Of a stretch of 64,000 nucleotides of DNA, positions 24,167 through 34,950 are shown in pieces; the first letter of the stretch is position 1, and each line of letters starts with the position of its first letter. The DNA lies in the NCBI RefSeq assembly GCF_018977255.1, contig NW_024704742.1, positions 77,626,001 through 77,690,000 of the forward strand, read 5' to 3'. The notes beneath the pieces were generated by a model that saw nothing but the letters and a program-made list of their open reading frames with translations, searched no databases and was not told the origin of the DNA. The translations under genes were made by a program, and so were the position numbers. The stretch comes from Callorhinchus milii. Its lineage: Eukaryota.

Positions 24167-25610
24167 CAACAACAACAAGGTTACATTTGTATAGCGCCTT
24201 TCACGTCGGGAGGACATTCCAAGGCACTGGACAGTGTACAGCATTTCAGACCCGAGCTGAGGTCGAAGGGGTTGGGGGGTAGGGAAGGGAGGGGAAGGGA
24301 ATGGCTGATGGTATGGTCGAAGAGGAGGGTTTAGAGGCGGGACTTGAAGGAGGCTAAGGAGGGGGCGAGGCGGTGATTGGGGGATGGAATTCCAGAGGTT
24401 GGGGGCAGAGTGGCTGAAGGCTCTCCCGCCAATCGTGGGGAGGGTGTGTCGGGGACATGGAGCAGGCCAGAGCCGGCCGAGCGGAGGGAGCGGCCGGGTT
24501 GGTAGGGGATTAGGAGATCACAGAGGTCGGGTGGGACGAGGCCATGGAGGGCTTTGTTTGTGAGGACCAGGATCTTGAACTGGATTCTTTGAAGGATAGG
24601 GACCAATGGAGACAGGCAAGAATGGGGGAGATGGGGTCACTGAGTTTGGTGTGGGAGAAGACACGGGCTGCAGAGTTCTGGATTTTCTGCAGCCTGTGGA
24701 GGGAGGAATTGGGAAGGCAGACAAGCAGGGCATTTGCAGAGTCGAGCCTGGAGGTGATGAAGGCATGAACAAGAGTTTCAGCAGCCTAAGGGGTGAGGTA
24801 GTGGTGGTGTCGGGCGGTGATACGGAGGTGAGGGAAGGCAGAGCAGGTCATGGCTTGGATGTGGGGAAGAAAAGACAGTTGAGGGTCGAACAAGACACTT
24901 AGGTTCCTGACTGTCTTGGTGAGTTATAGTGTGCAACCATGGAGGTTGATGTTGCCAGAGCCGGAGGTGCTGAGGCGCTGGTGTGAGCCAATCAGGAAAG
25001 TCTCAGTCTCTGTTCACATTCAACTGTAGGAAATTTGCCCTCATCCAGGACTTGATGTCCGACAGACAGTCTGTCAGGACAGCATTGGTCCTGGAGTTGA
25101 GGGTGGAGGCAGAAAGATAGAGTTGGGTGTCATCCGCATACATGTAGAAGTTGACCCCATGTCTGCAGATGATGTCACCAAGGGGAAGCATGTAGGTATT
25201 AAAGGGGAGAGGCCCAAGGACAGAGACCTGGGGGATGCCAGACGTGACAGTGCGGGGGTTGGAGGATAAACCATTAGAGGCAACAAAGTGGAGACGGTGA
25301 GAGAGATAGGAATGGAACCAGGCAAGGGCAGATCCGTGAAGATTAAGTAAGGAGGAGAGGCGGTGTATGAGGATGGAGTGGTCGACAGTGTCGAAGGCGG
25401 CAGAGAGGTCGAGGAGGACAAGGAGGCAGAGGGAGCCCTGATCACAGATGTTCAGAATGTCATTAATAACTTTGACCAGGGCTGTTTCCGTGCTGTGGGC
25501 AGAGCGAAAGCCGGATTGGAGGGGTTCAAAGAGGGAATGGCGAGAAAGAATGGAGCAGAGCTGGGACCCGACGACTCGTTCCAGGAACGGGAAGTTAGAG
25601 ATGGGGCATT
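24167..25610 (-). mobile_element. L2 LINE, 5'-truncated, ~1.45 kb, RT pseudogene
   Basis: Minus translation LVLLDLSAAFDTVDH, FYMYADDTQLYLS, RIQFKILVLTNKALHGL; (TTG)n tail; possible TSD tcctta at 24161-24166 and 25632-25637. Confidence 0.95.
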
Positions 25611-25761
25611 AATGGTGTATTAGCATTAATTTCCTTAATTTTGTGTCTGTACGAAATGTGGGCTAATCAACAGGAAGTGCATTGAGACCTCATATGTGCA
25701 ACTTTTGGATTCTAATTCAACACCTCCTAAAGCTCTTGTCATGCTGGGATCATGAACATAC

Positions 25762-25833
25762 AGTAGATTCTACATTTGGCTCCGCCATTTTCTTCTCAGA
25801 TTCATCTTGCCAATGTACGAGGCACTTCAGTTG
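25762..25833 (-). other. Candidate 72-nt phase 0-0 exon, unassigned (QLKCLVHWQDESEKKMAEPNVEST)
   Basis: T-rich tract ending ttttttgtgtag|, donor |gtatgt, only one open frame; no protein recognised. Confidence 0.3.
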
Positions 25834-26489
25834 CTACACAAAAAACAATCAAGCATGGAAAGAAACTAAAAAAGTAGAAGTGAAATTAAGCAGTAGTTCC
25901 ACATTTCCAAGTATGCTATGTTTCCTTTGCAACATGATCAAAATATTCCCTTTTAGGGAACACATAGTTAATATTTAAAAGCCTTTAACAAGATAATGTT
26001 TACAGTAATACCATTTGAAATCCGAATAGAGCACCCCTCCCGTTCTCATGTCATTAAATAGTTAGAGCTCTAATTTCCTAGAAAAGAGTGGGTTGAAGTC
26101 ATGGGAAACAGATTTTAGATCTTACCCTTAAGTTAAATTCATGGAAAACTCATTACGTTCAGTCATCTCCCTCATTAATCATTTCTTCCACTGCATTCGT
26201 TCTTCTAGTAACTAAGGATTTAATGGAACAGTACAGTAGAAGTGTATTGTTTAAAGAGAAGTGTAACCCGATCCTTAAGACTGACTGCTTGACTGTATGC
26301 ACCACTTCCAAAGCACTATCCTTGCATGTGATATAGCACTTCACCATATCAAAGGTACATCTCAAAGTACTTCATAGAATATATTGTAAATTGTAGTGAC
26401 TGTATATATTTGTAGGCAAATATAACAACAACTTACATTTATATAGCGCCCTCAATGCAGAGTAATGTCTCAGTGTGCAGTGTGTAACG

Positions 26490-26815
26490 GCTAACTTGCC
26501 CATAGCAATGACGTACAAACAGCCATGGAGTGAGTGACCAGTATTATTTGGGGGACAGTTGGCAAGGACACATGGAGAAACTCCCTTCTCATTTTGAATA
26601 GTGACATAGGATCTTTAATGTCCACCTGAACAGGCAGGTGGGGCCTCAGTTTGCCATCTAATCCGAAGGATGGCACCTCCAACAATTCAGCACACCTCCA
26701 ACACTGCATTGGAGTGTAAGCTTAGACTATATGAATTCCAAGTCCCAACCTGGCGCTTGAACCCACAACCTTCTGACTCAGAGTTGAGAGTACCACCAAC
26801 TGAGCCAGTCTGACA
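26490..26815 (-). mobile_element. SacSINE1-like SINE
   Basis: Head gtcagactggctcagttggtggtactctcaactctgagtcagaaggttgtgggttcaag; gttcaggtggacattaaagatcc. Confidence 0.85.
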
Positions 26816-27108
26816 CACAGGCGATCCACCACTTAACACTGAAAATGTCCTGTTCTCTCCCTCTCAGTATTGAGCTGTGACTCTGCCAGTCAGTGCTTCT
26901 GTGTCTCATTCATTATTATTTCAAATTCATTCAATATTGCTCAACTTTAGATCATCATAAAAGTAATATAATTTCCTGATTAAATCCATTAACATCCCCG
27001 ACCAGAGACAAGATCATCGCTACATAATCCCCAAATTGGTCAGATTATACTATTTGGTCTATTGTTGTCATCCACTGCCCAGTTCGCGAAGAGCTCATGA
27101 AAATTAAA

Positions 27109-28300
27109 AACAAAAACAGAGAGAGCTGGGAACACTCAGCAGGTCAGACAGCATCTATGGAAAAAGGAAGGTGAGTCAACGTTTCGGGTCCATGACCCTT
27201 CATCAGAACTGGGGCATGTTGCGAGGGAAAGGATTTTAAGGACAAGTTGAGAGGGGGAGACAGAACAAGGGAGACAAAGAAGACAAAGGAGAGAATGTGT
27301 TAGTTGATAGGTTAAAGAGGTGATGGTGGCGTAAAACAAAAGGGGTGGGTTGAAACAAAACTGGGGAGAAGAGATGTTAATAGTGCAGAACAGGCAACAC
27401 ACCAGAGAGAGACAAAGTGTGTCTGGGGTGATGATCGTAATGATAACAGAAGATAACTCTTCTGGTAACAGAAAGAAGGGGAAGTGGGGGAAAGGTGAGC
27501 TGTTATGGTCTGAAGTGGCTGAAATCGATATTGAGGCCGGAGGGCTTTCGGGTCCCTAGCAGATAGACCATGGATGGAGAGGTCAGACTGTGAATGGGAG
27601 TGTGAGTTAAAATGGCAGGAGACCGGAAGGTCAGGGTTGACCTTGCATACAGAATGGAGGTGTTCTCAAATCGGTCACTCAATCTGCGCTTAGTCTGCCC
27701 AATATAGAGGAGACCACACCGTGAGCAGTGGATACAGTATACTACACTGGTGATAGTACATGTAAACCGCTGTCTTACATGGAAGCTGTGTTTGGGGCCT
27801 TGGATAGTGGTCTGGGAGGAGGTGAAAGGGCAGGTATTACATCTCCTGCGCTGGCATGGGAAGGTGCCAGGGGAAGGAGAGCAGCTGGTAGTGCTGACAG
27901 CGGAAGAACTAAGGAATCCCAGAGGGAATGATCCCTTTGGAATGCAGAGAGGGGAGGGAAGGGAAATATGTGTTTGGAGGATGAGTCACGCTGGAGGTGC
28001 TGGAAATGTCGGAGAATGATGTGCTGAATATTGAAGCTGGTGGGGTGGTAGGTGAGGCTTAAAGGGCCCCTTTCACGATTCCAGGATGGGGGGGAAGGGG
28101 TGAGGGCAGAGGTGCGGGAAATAAGGCAGACACGGTCAGGGGCCTTGGCTATTACTGTCGATGGGAATCCTCGGTCGAGGAAAAATGAAGACATCTCAGT
28201 TGCTCTGGTTTGGAAGTTTACATTGTCTGAGCATATATGGCAGATGCGGAGGAACTGGGAAAATGGACTGGCGTCTTTGCAAGACGCTGGGTGGGATGAT
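27109..28300 (-). mobile_element. Penelope-like element, left (inverted) arm: RT C-terminal region, linker, GIY-YIG, 3' region
   Basis: Minus translation SHPASCKD..FSQFLR..CSD..MSSFFLDRGFPSTVI..LTYHP..IILRHF..; ~55-bp deletion near 27565 relative to the right arm. Confidence 0.9.
27174..27210 (-). ncRNA. Minimal type I hammerhead ribozyme, intact core
   Basis: Minus strand AGTT-CTGATGA-A-GGGTC atg GACCC-GAAA-CGTT-GACT: conserved core, 5-bp stem II, palindromic ACGT stem III, stem I AGTT/GACT. Confidence 0.7.
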
Positions 28301-28443
28301 GATCCTTCAAATACATATTTCCTATTAATATGTATATATTATATTATTATATAACAATATATAATAATTATATTATATATAATAATAATATAATAAATAT
28401 AATAATATATATTAATAGTATAATAATTATTATTATATTATTA
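28301..28443. repeat. Nearly pure A/T low-complexity spacer between the Penelope arms
   Basis: tatattatattattatataac..taataataat.., directly visible. Confidence 0.9.
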
Positions 28444-29399
28444 TTCCCTCCCCTCTCCTCTCTGCATTTGGAAGGGATCATTCCCTCTGGAATTCCTTAG
28501 TTCTTCCACCGTCCGCACAACCAGCTGCTCTCCTTCCCCTGGCACCTTCCCATGCCAGCACAGGAGATGTAATACCTGCCCTTTCACCTTCTACCAGACC
28601 ACTATCCAAGGCCCCAAACACAGCTTCCATGTAAGACAGCGGTTTACATGTACTACCACCAATGTAATATACTGTATCCACTGCTCACGGTGTGGTCTCC
28701 TCTATAATGGGGAGACTAAGTGCAGATTGGGTGACCAATTTGCAGAACACCTCCGTTCTGTATGCAAGGTCAACCCTGACCTTCCGGTCTCCTGCCATTT
28801 TAACTCACGCTCCCATTCACAGTCTGACCTCCCCATCCATGGTCTCCTACCCTGTTCCAATGATCCACAGCGAAAGTTTGAGGAACAGCATCTTATCTCT
28901 CTGTTAGGGACCCGAAAGCCCTCCGGCCTCAATATCGATTTCAGCCACTTCAGACCATAACAGCTCACCTTTCTCCCTCTTCCCCTTCTTTCTGCTACCA
29001 GAAGAGTTATCTTCTGTTATCATTACGATCATCACCCCAGACACTCTTTCTCTCTCTCTGGTGTGTTGCCTGTTCTGCACTATTAACACCTCTTCTGCCC
29101 AGTTTTGTTTCAATCCAGCCCCCTTTTGTTTATGCCACTATCATCTCTTTAACCCATCAACTAACACATACTCTCCTTTGACTTTTTTTTTGTCTTCTTT
29201 GTCATCCTTGTCCTGTCTCCCCCTCTCAACTTGTCCTTAAAAACCTCTCCCTCCCAACATGCCGCAGTTCTGATGAAGGGTCGTGGACCCGAACCGTTGA
29301 CTCACTTTTCTTTCTCCATAGATGTTGCCTGACCTACTGAGTTTTCCCAGCTCTCTGTTTTTGTTTCAGATTTCCAGCATTTGCAGTATTTTGTGTTTT
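28444..29399 (+). mobile_element. Penelope-like element, right arm with GIY-YIG endonuclease remnant
   Basis: NVIYCIHCSRCGLLYNGETKCRLGDQFAEHLRSV..PVSCHFN..EEQHLI..PSGLN; reverse complement of ~27109-27965. Confidence 0.92.
29266..29302 (+). ncRNA. Minimal hammerhead ribozyme, mutated core (GAAA>GAAC)
   Basis: agtt-ctgatga-a-gggtc gtg gaccc-gaac-cgtt-gact. Confidence 0.6.
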
Positions 29400-31233
29400 G
29401 CTCATGAAAGTTAAAGTTCAGTGCTTGCATTTAACAAAGTGATGTCTGCTCTGGGAGGAACTGGATAAAATGGTTGTGCAGCACTGTTGTTTGATTATTC
29501 CCCGACACGTGGAGGCTTTATGGAGAGTGAATTCAGAGACTATGCAAGGTTTTTGTCATTTCAAATCTGGTATTTTTAGAAAAGAATGTGATCGTTTCGC
29601 ACACAGAGACTTTCTCTCAACTTTTAAAAATCATATTTCAGCAACTTTTGAAAGCATGTTTTAACAACGTGACTGCCATGTGCCTTAAAGGAAATCCAGT
29701 GCTCAGAGGGTTAAATGAATGTTCATCACTTGCCAAATTACTCAAGCTGCTTCAAAAGGCTTAGCCAAGTATGATAAATAAGTGCTGAGAGGAGACGAGT
29801 TATTATATGTACCTGCTAGTTCCCCCAGAGAGTGGAAGGTTACATGTGCCAGAGAACAAGCATCTGCAATATATTAAATATTTGGAAGTAATCTTAAATC
29901 CATCATTCTTTTATCAGAAAAATATTGAGAAATAAAATGAGCTCAGGCTGTTGAGACATATTTGAATGTGTGGGAAGATAGAGATTATCTAAATGGAGAA
30001 GCCAACATACAAACTTAGTCCGTGCATTTCAGAAGTGCAATTAGCTCTGTGCAGAGATAAAATTCCCACTAGCTGTTGTTTTATCTTTTTTTAAACATCT
30101 ACACCTAGAGTTGGAATTTTGTTGCATTGCAAAGCCATAGACTAGCGTTCATTCATTCTGCACAAAAGAACTAATGAATAATCACTTGCAGAAGAACCCT
30201 TCTCCCCTCCCTTTCCTGAAGGATACTGTAGGTTTTATATGTGCTATGGAATATCTCAGTTTATAGGGTAATAAAGCTAATATTATAGCTGTTTTGGTCA
30301 TGTTATGTCTGAGCCAGATGCTCTACCAAAGTCAGATATTGCTAACGGCACATACAGTTTTGGGAGGACTAGACTTCTACCATTGTGTTTTATCCTTGTG
30401 AGATGATCATTGATTCAGAGTTGGTCATCAAAATTTCAGGTCATAGTGACCACAGCTCAATTTGACTTGTAAAACAGCACAAGCACACAACCAATATATA
30501 CTTTTAGACAAAGGAGCCTCAGAGACTTAAGGTCTGAACTTAGTGATATAGACATTAAACATAAACGTTAGAGGACCTTGCTGTGTGTAAATTGGCTACC
30601 CTGTTTGTCTACAGACAAAGTGATTACACTTCACAGTACAATCTTGTCAAGCACTTTGAGGCATCTCAACAACACAAGGCGTTATATCAAATATGAGGGT
30701 ATGGGCTGAATTTAGACTACGCGGAAGGAGTTTTATAAAATAAAGATTAGCGGAGCCAGCCAAGGGAGAATTGGAAAGGGTCATAGCAGAAAATGCTAAA
30801 CATAATGCCAAAAAATGATTTCAATATTACAACAGTAAGTCAGTAGACAGGGAGGGAGTCAAAATCCCGAGAACAAAAGGGTGTTGAAAAAGAGAACCAA
30901 CAAGAGTTAGTAAATGTAGTAATGGACTCTATCTTGGAGGTTTACAATAGGGAAGATAACAATAAGTTCTGTACATCCAACAAATGTCAGTCTTTTATAG
31001 TGTGGGTCAGGTCCAGTCCATCCCATCAGTTGAAAACAATCACTCGTCCTGGGAGAGTGCAGATTTTGCCCCACCTCGGCAGATCGCTCCGGAAAACAAA
31101 CATTCAGCAAACATAATAGGTTAAATGCCACTTAAGGGGAGCTAGAATTTATGAATTTACCTCTACCTGAAGGGAAAATCAAAGATAGGAACCCCCCAGC
31201 ACTGAGAGGGACATCAATTCCTTGGGAAGGAAG

Positions 31234-31252
31234 CATCGCCATCTAGTGGCCA
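31234..31252 (-). promoter_or_regulatory. CTCF motif
   Basis: Minus strand TGGCCACTAGATGGCGATG matches the core CCASYAGRKGGC with the preferred TGG flank. Confidence 0.65.
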
Positions 31253-33144
31253 CACACACTGAGGTCATTTAACATAAACTTTACCCCAATACTCCAAATG
31301 AGGTTTGATCTGTCCTCTACATAATAGCACTTCTGGACAATCCAGACCCCTTTTTATAAAGTCCAGCATCCCATTAATCCTGTTCATTGTTCCATTCTCA
31401 CTTCAGTACATCTCTCTTCACATTTACAACCAAATTCTTTTGAGATCCATTGTACTGCCTAATTATCTGATGCTGTTCGAGAGAGCCTGTTATAGACTTT
31501 ATCACCAGATCTTCCAAATAGTCCATATAGTAAGCCTCACCTGGAAGTTCAACACAGCAATCCAGCAAAGATGAAGAAGGAGATGTTACTTGAACCGACG
31601 TATGTTTTAAAGTGATGGTACCATTGACTAAATAAGCTTGGGACAAAATTTGAAGTGCCAGAGGAATCAAACCTTCTAGCAGTAATGATGTGTTCACACT
31701 AAATGTTTGGTTGTAAATGAGGGCTGAGTCAGTGTAAATCAAGATGAAACCCTATTCCTGCCACCACCCAAAAGGAGGTGCTTTCAGGAAACATTGGCTT
31801 GTGCAGGGTTCAAACCAAACTCAGCTTGCTTCCTGTGGATCCATTAGAAGCTCTTTATAATTCAATGGGCTGCCCAGGAACTTTCAAGAAAGCATCTCCA
31901 AATGTTGTGAAGGGCCCACTTGTGATAACATTAAAAAAAACTAGCGTCCATTTTATTGCTTTGTCTGTGAGCTGAGGTGCCCATGCACAGATGTCAAAAA
32001 CAATTTTATTTTAAAGGCGTTAATGTAATTCATTGTGAAACGGGAGAAAAATCAGGCTTCCTGCACGACATTGTTATACTGCTGGGAATGTTACCACTTC
32101 CAGCAGACCGATATAACATAAGTGTTGTTGGATGATTGATTTTACACTTGAAAACACAAACTGCATCTTCATTTTTTTTACACAAATGTGGCTAGGAGTC
32201 CTGTTATAAACAGTTAGCACCAAGGAACGCTCTTATTTGGTACAACTGTTTTTTGACTTGTTATCAATGTGGGTTTATCCATTTGTAGCCAGTACTTTAC
32301 ATGGGATGAAGGCATCTACTGGAACCCACCTATAAGCAGAAATACTGTCCGTGTTGATTTGACATTAGCTTTGCGGGTATTTGTCTATAAAATACAGTCA
32401 CTCAACTTTATGGTATATCCTATGAAGATCTTCACAGTATATCCTGTGAGACATCTTCCTAACATAAAAGGCGCCTTATCAAATGCAAGGATTATTTTAT
32501 TGTTAGAAACCAATAAATTTTGTAACTCTACTTTCCTGTGTTTTGCAGATTTAGAAGAAGAATATTTTGCAATCATGAAAAAATTGTTGAATGGGGTCCA
32601 GTTACACCTGATGTTTTCAAATTTCAAGAAGAGTGACTTTTACATCTCAAGGAAGCATGGCCATTAATACCACAAAATACACCTGAACAACATCCATCAC
32701 AAAATTGATATCGGTGAAATTGAAAGCTCTGTTTTAGGTGTACATATCATCATCTTAACTTCACACCAGCCTTTCTCTCATTACAACTGCTGTCCAGTAA
32801 ACTCAACAGACTGTTCAATCCCCTGAACGTTTGTGCAATAGCTTTTGGAAATGGTACTAGTATCACTTCCCAGAGTTTTTTTATTAATAATCCTTGTGTC
32901 TATAATATCAAAACATTTCAGAGATTCACAGCTAATTCCCGTGAAGTGTAGTGACTGATTATTTGTGGGCTAATCGCAGCAGCTAATCTGTACTCAGAAG
33001 GGTCCCACAAATAGCCATGAAGTGAATGATTGATTTATATGCAGGATTGTTGGCCATGTCAGATTCCACAGTCTCTTCTTTCAATGACAAAAAATAAACT
33101 AATGTTGTAGTTTTCTGTAATCAGAGAACCGTGTTGCTTTACAG

Positions 33145-33220
33145 CGATTGTGGTCAACCTGTGGCCCGAATGCCGGAAGTGGCCATCAAGAAGCGTTCTG
33201 CAACATTCGCACAAATCTAG
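33145..33220 (+). other. Candidate exon, unassigned
   Basis: ttgctttacag| acceptor (alternative aatcag| at 33124), consensus donor AG|GTAAGT at 33220/33221, locally CpG-rich. Confidence 0.3.
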
Positions 33221-34379
33221 GTAAGTCCGTATTCGATCGGTAATATGTTTTCAGTTTTTTCTTGATTGACTATTTTGTTGGCTGACCTTAATGGTTGGCC
33301 ACCAGAGCTTTACAGGCTAAAAGTGGGACAGCTAAATTCCAGGAATCCACACTTGAGACAACAAACATTCTCTTGGGTCTATTTTCCATTTGTTCTGCAT
33401 TCTCAGTCATGTTAAGACATTTGTTAGGGTTAGTGATATCAAGCAAGTTAAACACACTTGAAATCTTGGGGTGAATTGTGCAACATTTCATAACAGGTTC
33501 AATGTGAGGTAGGAATTAATGGAGTGTTGGTTGCTTGGAACTTGTCCGGCAGTGTGACTCTCACAAGTCTGAGCATGTAAGAGCTGGAGTAAATGGCACA
33601 TGAGCCAGAGGAACTGATGAGAAGAGCTGGAGGAAGTGATGCAGATTCAAGGCTCTCATCCCTAGCTCGGGTGCCCAACCTGTAGTGTTAAGTGCTTTGT
33701 GATGTCCTCCTGACATGAAGGGGGCTTTATAAATGTTTTGTATTGATGGGTAAGCTGAAGTACGTGACACTTGAATCTAGGGAAGTGAAGTGCGACCCTG
33801 GGCTCTCACAAGACTGAGCAGCAAGTCACATGGTGGGCTTTGACTTTATCAGTGAAATTTTAAAAAAGTGCATGACAGCAAGAAAAGATGGAAAAGAACC
33901 TGAGCAGCAGCTATTCATTAGTTGCGAGGAAGGGTGATATCCAGGGGCGAAGAGGATAACATCTAAAGAGAAGATAAAGCTGAGATCATTAATAGTCTCC
34001 AAACGTTTCTATCTAGATAACAAACAGTTCAGGAGTAGATCTTGTGTTTGTTTGGATAAGGTGTGTCCACCAAATGCTGGTCTCTCATTGTTATAGAGTG
34101 AATTGCTTCTTAACATAATGTTGAGTAGTTATTACTTCCTGCTGTATCTGTTCAGTCTCTGACTTGTATTGGAGCAGAGTCATGTGTTGAGACTGAGAGA
34201 CAGACCCTTGCTGCTGTTAAGCTGCAGGAGCTAGATTTGGCTTTCCATTATTAATTCAATTCCATGCTAAATTAATAAATAGTTCAATTAACTTGAGTTG
34301 AAATTTATTTGTAGGACAATTTGGGACCACTTAACTCACCATTACTGAATTATTATCTATTGCTGCCAATATCAATAGG

Positions 34380-34950
34380 GATTGTGGAAATTGATTTTTG
34401 ACCAACGAGTGATTATCCTTCTTGGAGAGGAAGTAAGTGGGATCTCCTCATAGCTGAGGTGGCATCACGGTGACATGCTTAGCAATGGAATGTCGGAATC
34501 GAGTTAACCCTCTGTAGCAGTCTCAGTAGTCCAGGTCCTTAGCCAGCTAGGTCCACAGTACTCCAGGGCAATGCTGATGACAGACCATCAGTAGGTCTTG
34601 GAAAGGCAGACATATTTCTTCCCACTCAGCTCTAGTTAACCAAAGCCTTAATGGGTGAGGTGGTCCAAGATGGGCAAGCAACAAGAAAGCTTACCAGACA
34701 ATTGTTTCAATAGCAAGCTGTGTGTTTTAGCTGGTTTAACTCCAGCACGTTCTGGGGTCCCCAAGTCTTGACTCTCTCCAACCTGCACCTAATATTCTCC
34801 AGAATTAGGTAAGCAGGATGCATTCCTCCAGTGCGAGAGTGTGTATTCCATTCCAAACATGGAATTTTTATGTGTGGGTGGAATGCATAGAACTCTCATG
34901 TCTGGTTTGGATACCTGTTAAACATGGTGATGGATTTCCGCATGTCTAGC
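34380..34950 (-). mobile_element. Family X decayed LINE-like repeat copy
   Basis: Minus frame ..VISIALEYCGPSWLR..; colinear with 3700-4150. Confidence 0.7.

Noticed and set aside
33142..33185. hAT transposon end (cag..gtcaacctgtggcccg)
   Set aside because: Only a short resemblance; no matching second terminus or 8-bp TSD found.
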